Shown: positions 1 through 10,224, counted from the stretch's first letter. The stretch: 64,000 nt of DNA from a bacterium (GCA_016934955.1 JAFGRY010000040.1:983-64982), one strand, 5' to 3'. Numbers and translations: made by a program. Notes: a model not told the origin generated them from the sequence alone.

Positions 1-1947
1 CGTCTCTCCCCAGACCGTGTCATAGAAACGATAGTCGATCATGCTGCCGCCGGCGATCCCCGCCTTGAACTCCTTCGACCGGGTCATGGCCAGGATCGTG
101 TTGGTGCCGCCCCCGCTCCAGCCCCAGATACCCCAGCGATCCGGATCGATCCAGGGAAGTTTCTTGAAATACTGCGCAGCGTCAACCAGGTCGTTGAGTT
201 CGACCACTCCCGGTGTATTCAAGTAGAGAAGGTTCTCCAGGTCCTTGCTCACCGCGCTAGCCGCCCGGTTGTCTATTTTCATGCAGATATACCCGGCATT
301 CAGCAGCACATTCTCCCAGATTGCGCCGCGCTGCCAGGAATCGACCACCTGCTGCGCCGAAGGGCCGCCGTAGACATATACGATCACGGGATATTTTTTG
401 GAAGGATCGAAATCAGCCGGCTTGGTCACCGATACCGGAATGGGGAACCCGTCCCGCGCCGGCACATGCATCAGTTCGGCCAGCTGCAGGTTGTATTTTT
501 CAAAGGCGCCGGGATCCGGTTCCGCCAGCACCAGTTTCTCTTTGCCGTCGGCCCGGTGCAGCGCCAGCGAGCGGGGGCGGGAGATATTGGAATAGCTATC
601 GAAGTAGTACCGGCAATCCGGGCTCATGGTGATCCCGTGCGTGCCCCTGCCCTGGGATAAGCGCTCCATGCCCCGTCCGTCGAACCGTATGCGGTAAAAC
701 TGCTTTTCCAGGGCGGACTCCTTCTGGCCGGTGAAATAGATCCAGCCGCCCTTCTCGTCGATCCCCTTCACCGCCTGGCGCAGCCAGAATGGACCGCCGC
801 TCGAGCGAATCGCCCATTCGCCGCTGGTGATCTGATTCACCACTTTACCGTCCATGGTGAAACGGTAGAGGTGATCATAGCCGCTGCGCTCCGAGGCCAT
901 GATAAAATGCTTTCCGTCTTTGAGAAAATAGAGATCGTCGGACACGTTGATCCAGCAGGGATTCGTCTCCTTCATGATGAGCTCGGCGCTGCCGGTTTCA
1001 CGATCGGCGAAATAGATATCCATGACCGTGTGCAGCCGGTTGAGGGTACGCACGCAGAGCCGCTGGTTGTCGGGCATCCAGTTGAGCCGTACGATATACT
1101 CATAGGAACCGGGATCGATAGCGACCCAGGTGACCCCTTCACTTCCGATGTCGGCGATACCGGCCTTGATCCCCGGATTGGTCTCTCCTACTTTCGGATA
1201 GCGCTGTGTGGACACGGTCGGTGTCCAGGGTGAGAAATCGACGATATGCTGAATGCTCACCGGACTCTCATCGGTCTGGAAAAACGCGATGGATTTCGAG
1301 TCATCGGACCACCAGTAGCCCGAATCCTGCCTGCCGAACACCTCTTCCCAGTAGACCCAGGAGAGCGTGCCGTTCAGCGTGGTCTCACTGCCGTCATGGG
1401 TAAGCCGTTCCTCCCGTCCCTCTTTGAGCATGTAGACATAGAGATCGTTGTCACGGACAAAACTGATCTTTTCGGCATCGGGAGAGATGCTCACCGCCTT
1501 CTCCTGCTCGGGGGTGTCGGTGATCCGGGTGAACGCAGCCTGTTTCATGTCGAGCACGTAGATATCACCCTGCACCAGCACATAGCCGATCCTGCCGTCA
1601 GCGGAAATGGCCTGGGGGCGGGGACGCATGCGAGGCGCTTCCCCCTCGGGAAACAGCGTCGCGAACTGCTCCGCTGCTTCATTCAGATCCAGCCAGACCG
1701 TCCGTTTGCCGGTGTTCGGATCGAGACGCTCGAGCACCTGTGGTCCGCCGGGAGTTCCCCCGTCAAAGATGAGAGCGGTTCCGTCCGACAGCCACCAGGT
1801 CTGGGGCGTTCTGAACCCCGTGAACAGGCCGGGATCATTGTAATTTTCCAGGGTAAGCCTGGCGTTCTCCTGGGCGGCGGCAAGGCCGCACAGGATCGCG
1901 AATGAGACAACGAGCGTCATCCGCAGCAGGGATTGTTTCCGGTTCAT
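1..1947 (-). CDS. S9 family peptidase (dipeptidyl peptidase IV-like), C-terminus runs off the window
   Basis: Not in the ORF track because there is no stop inside the window. Manual translation from ATG 1947 (AAGGAG upstream) gives a signal peptide, YPKVGETNP, the nucleophile elbow GIWGWSGGG and DYRFYDTVWGE at the edge. Confidence 0.9.
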   Translation of the reverse strand, partial: MNRKQSLLRMTLVVSFAILCGLAAAQENARLTLENYNDPGLFTGFRTPQTWWLSDGTALIFDGGTPGGPQVLERLDPNTGKRTVWLDLNEAAEQFATLFPEGEAPRMRPRPQAISADGRIGYVLVQGDIYVLDMKQAAFTRITDTPEQEKAVSISPDAEKISFVRDNDLYVYMLKEGREERLTHDGSETTLNGTLSWVYWEEVFGRQDSGYWWSDDSKSIAFFQTDESPVSIQHIVDFSPWTPTVSTQRYPKVGETNPGIKAGIADIGSEGVTWVAIDPGSYEYIVRLNWMPDNQRLCVRTLNRLHTVMDIYFADRETGSAELIMKETNPCWINVSDDLYFLKDGKHFIMASERSGYDHLYRFTMDGKVVNQITSGEWAIRSSGGPFWLRQAVKGIDEKGGWIYFTGQKESALEKQFYRIRFDGRGMERLSQGRGTHGITMSPDCRYYFDSYSNISRPRSLALHRADGKEKLVLAEPDPGAFEKYNLQLAELMHVPARDGFPIPVSVTKPADFDPSKKYPVIVYVYGGPSAQQVVDSWQRGAIWENVLLNAGYICMKIDNRAASAVSKDLENLLYLNTPGVVELNDLVDAAQYFKKLPWIDPDRWGIWGWSGGGTNTILAMTRSKEFKAGIAGGSMIDYRFYDTVWGET

Positions 1948-2018
1948 GGGCAGTCTCCTTTATGATCGGTAAATGAAACGATGAACGGTACGAATGGGGC
2001 GCAGCGGCCAACCGCGGA

Positions 2019-3245
2019 TCAGGCGAGTCGCTTGATCACGACAATGGTCACGTCATCCTCCAGCGTTTTTTCTTTTCCGAATTTGTCAACGGCCTCGATC
2101 ACCGCCTTGACGATCTTCTCCGCCTTCTTGTGCTGATTGAAAACAACGATATCCTTTAACCGGTCGACCTCGAAAAGATTATCAGCGTTCTCTTCCCGTT
2201 CGATGATGCCGTCGGTGTAGAGCACCAGCACCGATCCCGGATCCATTTTGATATAGGACCGGTGCATGTCGATATCGGGCATGAATCCCAGGGTCATACC
2301 CGTTGCCTCCAGATCATGGATCTCGTCGCCTCTGACCAGAAACGGCGCGGGATGTCCGGCGTTGATATAGAATAGATGCCCCCCCCGCTCGATCTCGCCC
2401 ACAAAAAGCGACACAAAATTGGTGGCATAGGTGCTCATCTGGATCACCTGGTTCAGCTTGTTGATGGTCTGAACCAGCCGCATATCCCTGGCCATGCCCA
2501 TACGCAGGCCGATCACCACATCCCTGACCAGCAGCGCCGCCGGAATGCCGTGACCGCTGGCATCGCCGATGGCAACGCCGAAATCTTCATCGGAAAATTT
2601 AAAATATTCATAGAAATCGCCGCCGACGACTTCAGCCGGCATGGACACGGCGGCGATATCGTAGCCGGCGATCTTCAGCGGAGATCCGGGCAGAAGGCTC
2701 CGCTGGATCTCCTCCGCCCGTTTCAGATCGTTGCGCATCATTTCCGAAAAAAGACGGTAATTGATAGCGGTGCGCATGGAATTGAGAAAAAGAAGCAGTT
2801 CTTCCGTGACCAGGTCGGCCTCGAGCTGAAAAATCAGCAGCCACCGCCGCACCGATTTGTGCACATGGATCGCCGCCAGGATGCCGCAGTGCTTCTCATC
2901 CTGATCGATCAGCTCACACGCTTTTTCCCGGGATTCGAATACCACCACGCCCTGCTTGAGAATGTCTCTGACACTCTCCAGATCTTCAGAGACGCTGGCG
3001 CGGAGTTTTATCCCCCGGTCTTTGCTGCAGTCGGTGATTTTGACGAACGATTTGCCCCGCCGCTCGAACACATGGCTGTTGATGATGCCCAGCTTCTCTC
3101 CGAAGGTTTTTTCCATCTCCTTCAGGATCGAGGTAAAGAAAAATTCACCGGATTTTTCCCGCTTGATCGTGTTGAGAATCGCATCCAGCTCGCGGTAAAA
3201 CGTTTTTGGATCCATCTCCTGGAGTGTCCTTCCGTATGATGACAA
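2019..3245 (-). CDS. PP2C/SpoIIE-family (RsbU-like) serine phosphatase with N-terminal sensory-like region
   Basis: VGGDFY, IGDASGHG, INAGHP, LYTDGI and EDDVT motifs. Confidence 0.88.
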   Translation of the reverse strand: MSSYGRTLQEMDPKTFYRELDAILNTIKREKSGEFFFTSILKEMEKTFGEKLGIINSHVFERRGKSFVKITDCSKDRGIKLRASVSEDLESVRDILKQGVVVFESREKACELIDQDEKHCGILAAIHVHKSVRRWLLIFQLEADLVTEELLLFLNSMRTAINYRLFSEMMRNDLKRAEEIQRSLLPGSPLKIAGYDIAAVSMPAEVVGGDFYEYFKFSDEDFGVAIGDASGHGIPAALLVRDVVIGLRMGMARDMRLVQTINKLNQVIQMSTYATNFVSLFVGEIERGGHLFYINAGHPAPFLVRGDEIHDLEATGMTLGFMPDIDMHRSYIKMDPGSVLVLYTDGIIEREENADNLFEVDRLKDIVVFNQHKKAEKIVKAVIEAVDKFGKEKTLEDDVTIVVIKRLA

Positions 3246-3264
3246 CTATCCCGGACCGCGCAGG

Positions 3265-3657
3265 TCAGGTTCTGTCGGCGTAGGTGCGGATAAGCTGCAG
3301 CATCTGATCGATTTCCGATTCGCTGATGGTCTGATCGGCCGAGAATTCAAAGCCCTTCTGGGTGAGCGTGTCCATATCCTCCGGCGTAATCAGTCCCGCG
3401 GCATAGGCTCGTACGAACCTGCTGAGCACATCGGTGATTTCATCCTGATGCAGCTGCATGTAATCCTTGGGGATCGTCCTGCTGACGCGCTTGACGACCC
3501 GGCTCATTCCCGCTTTTCCCACCTTCAGGGCCGCGGCTGGGGGGTTATCGAGCACATAGAAAAAAGCGGCGAGACCGGCCAGGGCGGTAAAGAGAATGCC
3601 CGTGAAAAATCCTGAAAAAAATACCCCGGCTCTTCCCCGGGTGCGGGTTGATGCCAT
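3265..3657 (-). CDS. Hypothetical single-TM membrane protein
   Basis: ATG 3657 preceded by GGAGG; one hydrophobic segment followed by a helical domain. Confidence 0.6.
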   Translation of the reverse strand: MASTRTRGRAGVFFSGFFTGILFTALAGLAAFFYVLDNPPAAALKVGKAGMSRVVKRVSRTIPKDYMQLHQDEITDVLSRFVRAYAAGLITPEDMDTLTQKGFEFSADQTISESEIDQMLQLIRTYADRT

Positions 3658-3734
3658 GTACGCCTCCGATATAAAACATAAGGGTTTACTATTAAAATAT
3701 AGTGAACGCATCGTTAAAAATCAAGCGGCGGCAA

Positions 3735-4745
3735 TCACTCCCATACGCCCGCGACCGGGGCCAGGCAGTCGGGACACTTACCGTGTTCGAGCCTGTTTTC
3801 CATGATCGAATACCCGAAACGGCGAATCAGCAGCGCGCTGCAGAGCGGACAAAAGGTGCTCTCCCCTTCCTCGCCGGGAAGATTTCCCGTATACACATAT
3901 CGCAACCCCCTGTCGAGACCGATCTGCCGGGCGCTGATAATCGCCTCCACCGGCGTCGGGGGACGATCATTCATACGATACGAGGGATGAAACCTGCTGA
4001 TGTGCCAGGGGATCTCCGGATCGAGATCCGCGATGAACAGCGCCATATCGGCGAGTTCCTGCTCGGAATCGTTAAGCCCCGGAATGAGCAGCGTTGTCAG
4101 CTCGATCCAGATCCCCAGTCTCTTCATGCGCTCGATTGTCCTGAGCACCGGCTTTAATCGGGCGCTGCAGATATCACGGTAATGGGCATCGGTAAAAAAC
4201 TTGAGGTCGACATTGGCCGCATCCATATACGGTGCCATCGCTGCGAGCCCCCGTTCCGACCAGAATCCATTGGTGATGAATATGTTCCTGATCGATCGCT
4301 CCCGGGCCAGCACCGCGGTGTCACGGGCATAGTCCCAGAATATCGCCGGCTCCGAGTAGGTATACGCGATAGTATTGCAGTGATGCTCCTCGGCCAGCCT
4401 GACAATCTCGCCGGCGGCGAGAGCGTGGCCGTACACCTGACCGCTCTCCACCGGTGACTGGGAGAGATCCGCATTCTGGCAGTGCAGACAGTGCATATTG
4501 CATCCTGAAGCGGCCACCGAGAAGGCCCGCTGGCCCGCGAGAAAATGGAACAGCGGTTTCTTTTCGATCGGATCCGCATGCACTGCGGCGCAGCGGCCGT
4601 AATTGAGACTGATCAGCGTTCCGTCCCGGTTCTCCATCACACCGCACCTGCCCGTGTCTCCGGGGCCCAGGACACAGTGGTGTGCGCACGAATCACACCG
4701 TATCCGGGCGCTCGCGAGCGTCTTGAACAGTGTTGCCTGTTTCAT
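3735..4745 (-). CDS. amrS: AmmeMemoRadiSam system radical SAM enzyme
   Basis: N-terminal CxxCxxxC...C, DPIEKKPLFHF, GCNMHCLHCQN, YTYSEP and a C-terminal CPxC...CPxC zinc ribbon. Confidence 0.88.
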   Translation of the reverse strand: MKQATLFKTLASARIRCDSCAHHCVLGPGDTGRCGVMENRDGTLISLNYGRCAAVHADPIEKKPLFHFLAGQRAFSVAASGCNMHCLHCQNADLSQSPVESGQVYGHALAAGEIVRLAEEHHCNTIAYTYSEPAIFWDYARDTAVLARERSIRNIFITNGFWSERGLAAMAPYMDAANVDLKFFTDAHYRDICSARLKPVLRTIERMKRLGIWIELTTLLIPGLNDSEQELADMALFIADLDPEIPWHISRFHPSYRMNDRPPTPVEAIISARQIGLDRGLRYVYTGNLPGEEGESTFCPLCSALLIRRFGYSIMENRLEHGKCPDCLAPVAGVWE

Positions 4746-4781
4746 GACTGCACCCTCCTGCGGCGCCGGCCGGATACGGTC

Positions 4782-6779
4782 TCACCAGATCAGCAGTGAA
4801 ATGAACCGGGTTATGACACCCAGGGCCAGCGCCAATGTACACGTCAGCAGCACGATCATGGCGGTCGCCTTCCAGCGTACCTGCTTGATGAGCGCCCCGA
4901 TCGTCGCCACACAGGGAATATAAAAAACAACAAATACGGTAAATGTCAAGATCTGCCCGAAACTGAGCACATCGGCCACCTGCTGGGTACCCAGCGCCTG
5001 GAACAGCATCAGCATCGACAGTTCCTTGCGCAGCACGCCGAAGATGAGGGTGATACCGGTTTCCGGAGGGAGCCCCAGCAGGCCGGTTACCGGCCTGAGC
5101 ACTCCATTGATGGCCCCGCCCGCCTGAAAATAATCGATAAGACTGAGAACGATGCTGCCGGCCACGAGCAGAGGCCAGGCGATAGTAAAAAAATCTTTCA
5201 GGCGAAACCAGGTTTTTTTCAGCAGCGAGGAAAATGAAGGGAGCTGATAAGCGGGTATTTCAAACGCCATGCCCGGACTCACTTCCGGCAGCAGTTTTGA
5301 TAGGATGCGGCCCAGTATCGCGATAATCACGATATTCACGGCATAAATCAGGAAGGCCGCGAACCCGCCCATATAAAATCCCACCAGCCCGAAAATAATC
5401 GTCATGCGGGCCGCGCAGGGCACCATTGAGGCGATCGTCGCCGTGATGATGCGGTCCCTGCGGGATTCGAGCATCCGTGCGCCCATTACCGCCGGGACAT
5501 TGCACCCGTAGCCAAGGACAGCGGGGATCACCGCCTTCCCGTGCAGCCCGATTTTGTGCATAAACGCATCCATGAGAAAGGCGATGCGCGGCAGGTATCC
5601 GCTGTCCTCGAGAAACGCGAGCCCCAGCATAAACGGCAGCAGATAGGGCAGCACGATGACAAAACCGCCGGCAACCCCCCCGGCAATGCCGGTGAGGAGC
5701 GTGCGCGCCACCGGAGACAGTGTTCCGTTGCTGCGGACAAGATCGATCATCGATTCAATGTGGGTGCTGAGCGGCGCCTCTATCAGCCCGCCCAGCCGGA
5801 AAACCGCGACAAAAAAGAGCATCAGAGAGGCGATGAGAAACAGGTACCCCCAGACATTGTGCATCAGCACATCGTCCAGGCGCTCCCGCCAGCCGATGCG
5901 TGGTTTTTCCACCACCGCCACCTGCTCGAACAGCGACATGGAGAGACTGTGCCGCTCCGCGGCGATAACCTCATCGGAAGATCTGCCGTGCTTGCCGGCC
6001 AGTTTTGTCCGGTATGTCCGCGCGATGGTCAGGAGTTCCGGAGCAACCGCTTCCGCGCGTCCCGAAAAATAGGGATCATCCTCGAGAAGCTTGGTAACCA
6101 GCAGATGGCTGGAAAACGGAAACCGCTTCCCGCGGATCTGTTTTTCCACCCGGGAGATCATCTCTCCGATGATCTCCTCAACATCGAGACTGCCGTCGAT
6201 ATGGGCCGGTTTGATTCTGAAAAGCGACGCCTTGCGGGCCGCGTGAAAAAGGTCGGACAGCCCGATGCCCTTGGAGGCGACCGTCACCACCACCGGTATT
6301 CCCAGTAATCGTGACAGCAGACCGGTATCGATATGGACGCCTTTCCGCTCGGCCTCGTCGAACATGTTCAGACAGAGCACCATCGGCAGCTCGAGTTCCA
6401 TGAGCTGAAGCGTCAGCTCGAGGCTGCGGCTCAGCAGCGAAGCGTCGACAACATTGATGATGACATCGACATTACCCGAAAGCAGATAATTGAGCGTTTC
6501 CCGTTCCGCGTCGTCAAGAGACGTGAGTGAATAGGTGCCGGGCAGGTCAACGATATCGAAGGTTGCGTGCCCGACTCTCACATGGCTTTCAGTATATTCG
6601 ACGGTGGCCCCGGCAAAATTGGACGTCACCGAACGGTACCCCGCCACCTCGTTGAACAGCGTCGATTTTCCGCAGTTCGGCTGTCCGGCGAGCACGATAC
6701 GCCGATGATGCCGGTGACGGGACGCACCGGCGGTCCGGTGAGTCGAATGACGGTGCCCGAATAGGTGCCGGTGCTTCAT
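4782..6779 (-). CDS. feoB: Ferrous iron transport protein B
   Basis: GQPNCGKS, DLPGTYSL, NMFD, LEDSGYLPR, GYGCNVPA, PCAAR and FYIPCVAT motifs; multiple TM helices. Confidence 0.95.
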   Translation of the reverse strand: MKHRHLFGHRHSTHRTAGASRHRHHRRIVLAGQPNCGKSTLFNEVAGYRSVTSNFAGATVEYTESHVRVGHATFDIVDLPGTYSLTSLDDAERETLNYLLSGNVDVIINVVDASLLSRSLELTLQLMELELPMVLCLNMFDEAERKGVHIDTGLLSRLLGIPVVVTVASKGIGLSDLFHAARKASLFRIKPAHIDGSLDVEEIIGEMISRVEKQIRGKRFPFSSHLLVTKLLEDDPYFSGRAEAVAPELLTIARTYRTKLAGKHGRSSDEVIAAERHSLSMSLFEQVAVVEKPRIGWRERLDDVLMHNVWGYLFLIASLMLFFVAVFRLGGLIEAPLSTHIESMIDLVRSNGTLSPVARTLLTGIAGGVAGGFVIVLPYLLPFMLGLAFLEDSGYLPRIAFLMDAFMHKIGLHGKAVIPAVLGYGCNVPAVMGARMLESRRDRIITATIASMVPCAARMTIIFGLVGFYMGGFAAFLIYAVNIVIIAILGRILSKLLPEVSPGMAFEIPAYQLPSFSSLLKKTWFRLKDFFTIAWPLLVAGSIVLSLIDYFQAGGAINGVLRPVTGLLGLPPETGITLIFGVLRKELSMLMLFQALGTQQVADVLSFGQILTFTVFVVFYIPCVATIGALIKQVRWKATAMIVLLTCTLALALGVITRFISLLIW

Positions 6780-7018
6780 CAGAGAGCCCGCACCGATATG
6801 GATCGTGCCATTCCTCTGCCCAGGGCAACCTCCATACTGTGAATGCTGATGAGGATGGGACCGCCCATAAAACCGCTGCGCACCACCCGTACGGTATCAC
6901 CGCTATGGATTCCCAGACTGTTAAGTTTTCTCCGGATACCGATGCCGCCGTTGATACGGTCGACTCTTAGCGGGGTATTGGCCGGCGCAGCGTCGAGGGT
7001 GTACACATCAGGCGTCAT
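6779..7018 (-). CDS. feoA: FeoA family protein
   Basis: RRKLNSLGIHSG...GGPILI...VALGRGMA pattern; abuts feoB; GGAGG before ATG 7018. Confidence 0.9.
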   Translation of the reverse strand: MTPDVYTLDAAPANTPLRVDRINGGIGIRRKLNSLGIHSGDTVRVVRSGFMGGPILISIHSMEVALGRGMARSISVRAL

Positions 7019-7433
7019 GACCGCCTCCATCGGTATCGGGAAGAGTGAAGTCATGATTTTTCCAGAGATCGAGCATCCGGGAAAACCCCGCGATGGTCTC
7101 AGGACTGATCACATGCTCCATATTGCAGGCATCCCGCTCCGCGAGGGATGTACTGACACCCAGCACGGTGTTGAGAAATTCCCTGATTACCTGGTGCCTG
7201 CGGTAGATCTTCTCCGCTGTCCGGGCACCCTCCGGCGTGAGCACGATCACTTCGTACTTACGGTGCTGCACCATGCCCTGTTCCCGTAATTTCTTCAGGG
7301 CCCCGGAAACACTGGGCATGGTGATACCCATTTTACGGGAGATATCCTTAACCCGTACATTCCCTTTCTCCACTTCCAGCATGAAGATGGTTTCCAGGTA
7401 GTCTTCCATGTTCGAGGTCAGTTTGCCGCTCAT
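7008..7433 (-). CDS. DtxR/MntR-family metal-dependent transcriptional repressor
   Basis: MEDYLETI, HTH with SVSGALKKL, RRHQVIREFL and AERDACNMEH; start may be 7433 or 7454. Confidence 0.9.
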   Translation of the reverse strand: MSGKLTSNMEDYLETIFMLEVEKGNVRVKDISRKMGITMPSVSGALKKLREQGMVQHRKYEVIVLTPEGARTAEKIYRRHQVIREFLNTVLGVSTSLAERDACNMEHVISPETIAGFSRMLDLWKNHDFTLPDTDGGGHDA

Positions 7434-7446
7434 ACCACCGCCATTG

Positions 7447-7479
7447 TTTGTCATGCCTAATCAAGTTAGGCATGACTAA
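7447..7479. promoter_or_regulatory. Putative DtxR/MntR-type operator (two inverted 14-bp boxes)
   Basis: Perfect 11-bp inverted repeat GTCATGCCTAA-tcaag-TTAGGCATGAC. Contains TTAGGCATGACTAA, which resembles TTAG-N6-CTAA DtxR/SirR boxes, directly upstream of the repressor gene. Confidence 0.7.
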
Positions 7480-7604
7480 TTAACCTGTTTTCCGCCTAAA
7501 AGTCAAGCACTTTTTTCATCAGCGGGACCGCGATGCTCCAACCGGCATAATAATTGCTATATTTGTAATGAATTATCACATCTCAGCCTCGAGGAGGGAA
7601 CAAT

Positions 7605-9620
7605 ATGTATGGTGGTACCCGGAACATTTTTCTCCTGAAACGCATTGTCGGCATTCTTTTCCTCTCTGTATTGCTCGTCACGCCTGGATTCGCCCAGGGT
7701 AAAAACCCGCAATACAAGGTCAGAATCGATCCCGGTTCTGCAGAGCTGTCTTATGGTGAAACCGCTCAATTCACCGCCAAACTGGTTGCCAAAGACGGCA
7801 CGGAAAAAGACACGACGTTTGAATGGAGCGTCACCAGGCCGCTGGTCGGATCGGTGACCCAGGACGGCCTTTTCAGCGCCCAGGGAGCCGGTGTCACCCA
7901 TGTTGTCGCCACCGCGGGCAGGCTCTCCGCAAAAGCGATGGTCAAGGTACTCGATGAGTCCAAAGGGAGCAGGGATCTCTGGCAGATCTACATCACTCCC
8001 GGCGACACCCTGCTTGTGCCCGGCGATACGGTCAGGTATTCAGCTCGGATGGTTGACACCCTCGGCAATGTCGCGGACACCGCCTTTGCCTGGTCAACGG
8101 GGAATACCGACGTGGCGATGATCGACTCGGACGGCACCCTGGCGGCTCTGGCAAAGGGGCAGACCTTTGTCTATGCCCGTGCCGGCGCCCTCTACGGCAA
8201 AGTGCACATGACCATTCTGAGAACCAAAGAAGAAAAAAACACCAGGATGCGCGGGTATAAAATTCTCGTCACGCCCCGGGATACGCTCCTCATACCCGGC
8301 GAATCCATTCAGTACACAGCCGCCCTGGTCGATACGAGCGGCAACGAGATAGATACATCCTTTACCTGGAGTTACGAAGGAGCAGAGTCCGGTACGATCA
8401 CCGAAGACGGATTTTTCTCCGCGCTTGCCAGGGGGAACGGCTTTGTCTACGCCCATGCGGGCACCCTGGCGGGGAAAGGGCATGTCAACGTCGTCGATAC
8501 CGTGGGCACACCTCCCAAAGTAGACGGATGGCGCCTGATGATCTCGCCGTCCGACACGCTGGTGGCCCTGGAGGAGCAGGTGCAGTATGAGGCATTTCTC
8601 ATGGACACCCTCGGGAATAGAATCGACACGACGCTGGAACTGGCCTGGTGGACCCAGGGGCGGGAAGTGGGCGAGATCGACGCGGACGGCCTCTTTACGG
8701 CGGACGGTCCGGGAGTGGGCATAGTGAGGGTGCAGTCAGGCAAATACAAGGGAATCGCCCGGGTTGTTGTCGCCAACCGGGAAGATCTCATGGAAACCGA
8801 TTCCGTGCACGTTCAGTTCAGGCTCGAAGACCGGCAGATCGGCAACACCTACAGGATCGGCGGCAAGGAATATCTCGAGATCTCCGGCCTGCCCTTCCCC
8901 CTGGATGTGCTCAACGGCGGACAGCTGATTTTCCAGCCGGGAACCCTTGACGAGAACATCCGGATCGAAGTCACGCTCAGCTGTGCCGCAACGGTTGAGG
9001 ATTCAGTGGTTACCTTCGCGGACCGGATATTCAACGGCATCGCGTTCCACGTCTATATCGGAGACTCACTGGCGAGTCCCTACTACTTCGACCCGCCGGT
9101 CGAACTGGTGCTGCCATACAACCAGAATCTGCTCGATACACTTGGCATCACCGTGGATGATCTCTGGATCTACTTCTACAGTGATTCTTCCGGTTTCGAG
9201 GATCAGGGTATCACCAATATCATTGTCGATGAAGACAATCAGAAGATATACGCCGAGGTCCATCATTTTTCCGATCTCGTCATCTCGGTGAAGGGACAGA
9301 CGTCAACCGATATCGATCAGCCTGCGTTCCAGCCCTTCTCGCACCAGCTCTTCGCCAATTACCCCAACCCCTTCAATCCCGAGACGGTCATCCGCTTCGA
9401 GCTGGCCGGCGCCACCGCCAAACGGGTGACGCTCACCATCTACGATATTCTGGGACGAAAGGTGAAAACGCTGGTTGACGAGGTCCGCCAGCCGGGCACC
9501 TACAACGTCACCTGGAGCGGCAGCGATGCCAGGGGCGGCAGAATGAGCAGCGGCGTCTATATCTACCGCCTGGAGATCGGCGCGTACGTCAGTGCCAGGC
9601 GCATGATATTGATTCGCTGA
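7605..9620 (+). CDS. Secreted protein with about 4 Ig-like (Big_2-type) repeats and a C-terminal FlgD-Ig/T9SS type A-like sorting domain
   Basis: Signal peptide; repeated P-x-DTLL...DTxFxWS...G-x-F-x-A units; C-terminal NYPNPFNPETVIRF...IYDILGRKVKTL...SSGVYIYRL. Confidence 0.8.
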   Translation: MYGGTRNIFLLKRIVGILFLSVLLVTPGFAQGKNPQYKVRIDPGSAELSYGETAQFTAKLVAKDGTEKDTTFEWSVTRPLVGSVTQDGLFSAQGAGVTHVVATAGRLSAKAMVKVLDESKGSRDLWQIYITPGDTLLVPGDTVRYSARMVDTLGNVADTAFAWSTGNTDVAMIDSDGTLAALAKGQTFVYARAGALYGKVHMTILRTKEEKNTRMRGYKILVTPRDTLLIPGESIQYTAALVDTSGNEIDTSFTWSYEGAESGTITEDGFFSALARGNGFVYAHAGTLAGKGHVNVVDTVGTPPKVDGWRLMISPSDTLVALEEQVQYEAFLMDTLGNRIDTTLELAWWTQGREVGEIDADGLFTADGPGVGIVRVQSGKYKGIARVVVANREDLMETDSVHVQFRLEDRQIGNTYRIGGKEYLEISGLPFPLDVLNGGQLIFQPGTLDENIRIEVTLSCAATVEDSVVTFADRIFNGIAFHVYIGDSLASPYYFDPPVELVLPYNQNLLDTLGITVDDLWIYFYSDSSGFEDQGITNIIVDEDNQKIYAEVHHFSDLVISVKGQTSTDIDQPAFQPFSHQLFANYPNPFNPETVIRFELAGATAKRVTLTIYDILGRKVKTLVDEVRQPGTYNVTWSGSDARGGRMSSGVYIYRLEIGAYVSARRMILIR

Positions 9621-9646
9621 ACGGCACACCCGATGTGTACAGGTAC

Positions 9647-9678
9647 AAGGGGTTCCTCACGGGGGACCCCTTCTTTTT
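9647..9678 (+). terminator. Rho-independent terminator
   Basis: AAGGGGTTCCTC-acgg-GGGACCCCTT hairpin followed by a T tract. Confidence 0.7.
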
Positions 9679-9711
9679 ACCCCGCAGACAGAATCATTGA
9701 AAGGAAACCCC

Positions 9712-10224
9712 ATGAACGGCAGCCGCGGCAATCCCGTTACCTGCAGCGAATGCGGACATCCCCGGGACAGTGACCGGATTTTCACCGTGGACGGCAGACC
9801 TCTCTGCAGTGTGTGTCTCTACGGCCCGGTGGAACCGTTTCGCATCTACCCCATCGGGAGCGTGCACAACGATCTCAAAAGAAACGATACCGCCTTCGGG
9901 CTCGCCGGGGAATCGGGGCCGTCGCGTATTATCCTCCATCCCGGGCAGCGGCGATTCATGTATGCCCTCGAACAGGAAAAAGAGCTCACCATCGTCTACT
10001 ATCTTCACGAAAGCAGGCCGGTCCGCTCCCGTTTCGCCAGGGGCTATGACAGCGCCGAAGCGGGGGTGTTCGCTTCCCGAACTCCCGACAGGCTCTCCCG
10101 CATCGGCATTCAGGATGTCCGGCTCGTCGGCATCGAAGGAACGACCCTGACCGTGGAAGGACTGGATGCGGTGAACGGCACACCGGTGCTGGACATCAAA
10201 ATGAAAAAATCGTTTCGCGGGTGA
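9712..10224 (+). CDS. TsaA/TrmO-family SAM-binding protein with N-terminal zinc-finger-like extension
   Basis: IYPIGSV, GVFASRTPDR and VEGLDAVNGTPVLDIK; N-terminal CSEC...CSVC. Confidence 0.78.
   Translation: MNGSRGNPVTCSECGHPRDSDRIFTVDGRPLCSVCLYGPVEPFRIYPIGSVHNDLKRNDTAFGLAGESGPSRIILHPGQRRFMYALEQEKELTIVYYLHESRPVRSRFARGYDSAEAGVFASRTPDRLSRIGIQDVRLVGIEGTTLTVEGLDAVNGTPVLDIKMKKSFRG

Noticed and set aside
41-1910. Several short ORFs listed in the first 1.9 kb
   Set aside because: All overlap the S9 peptidase reading frame on the minus strand, which the ORF track missed because it runs off the window.
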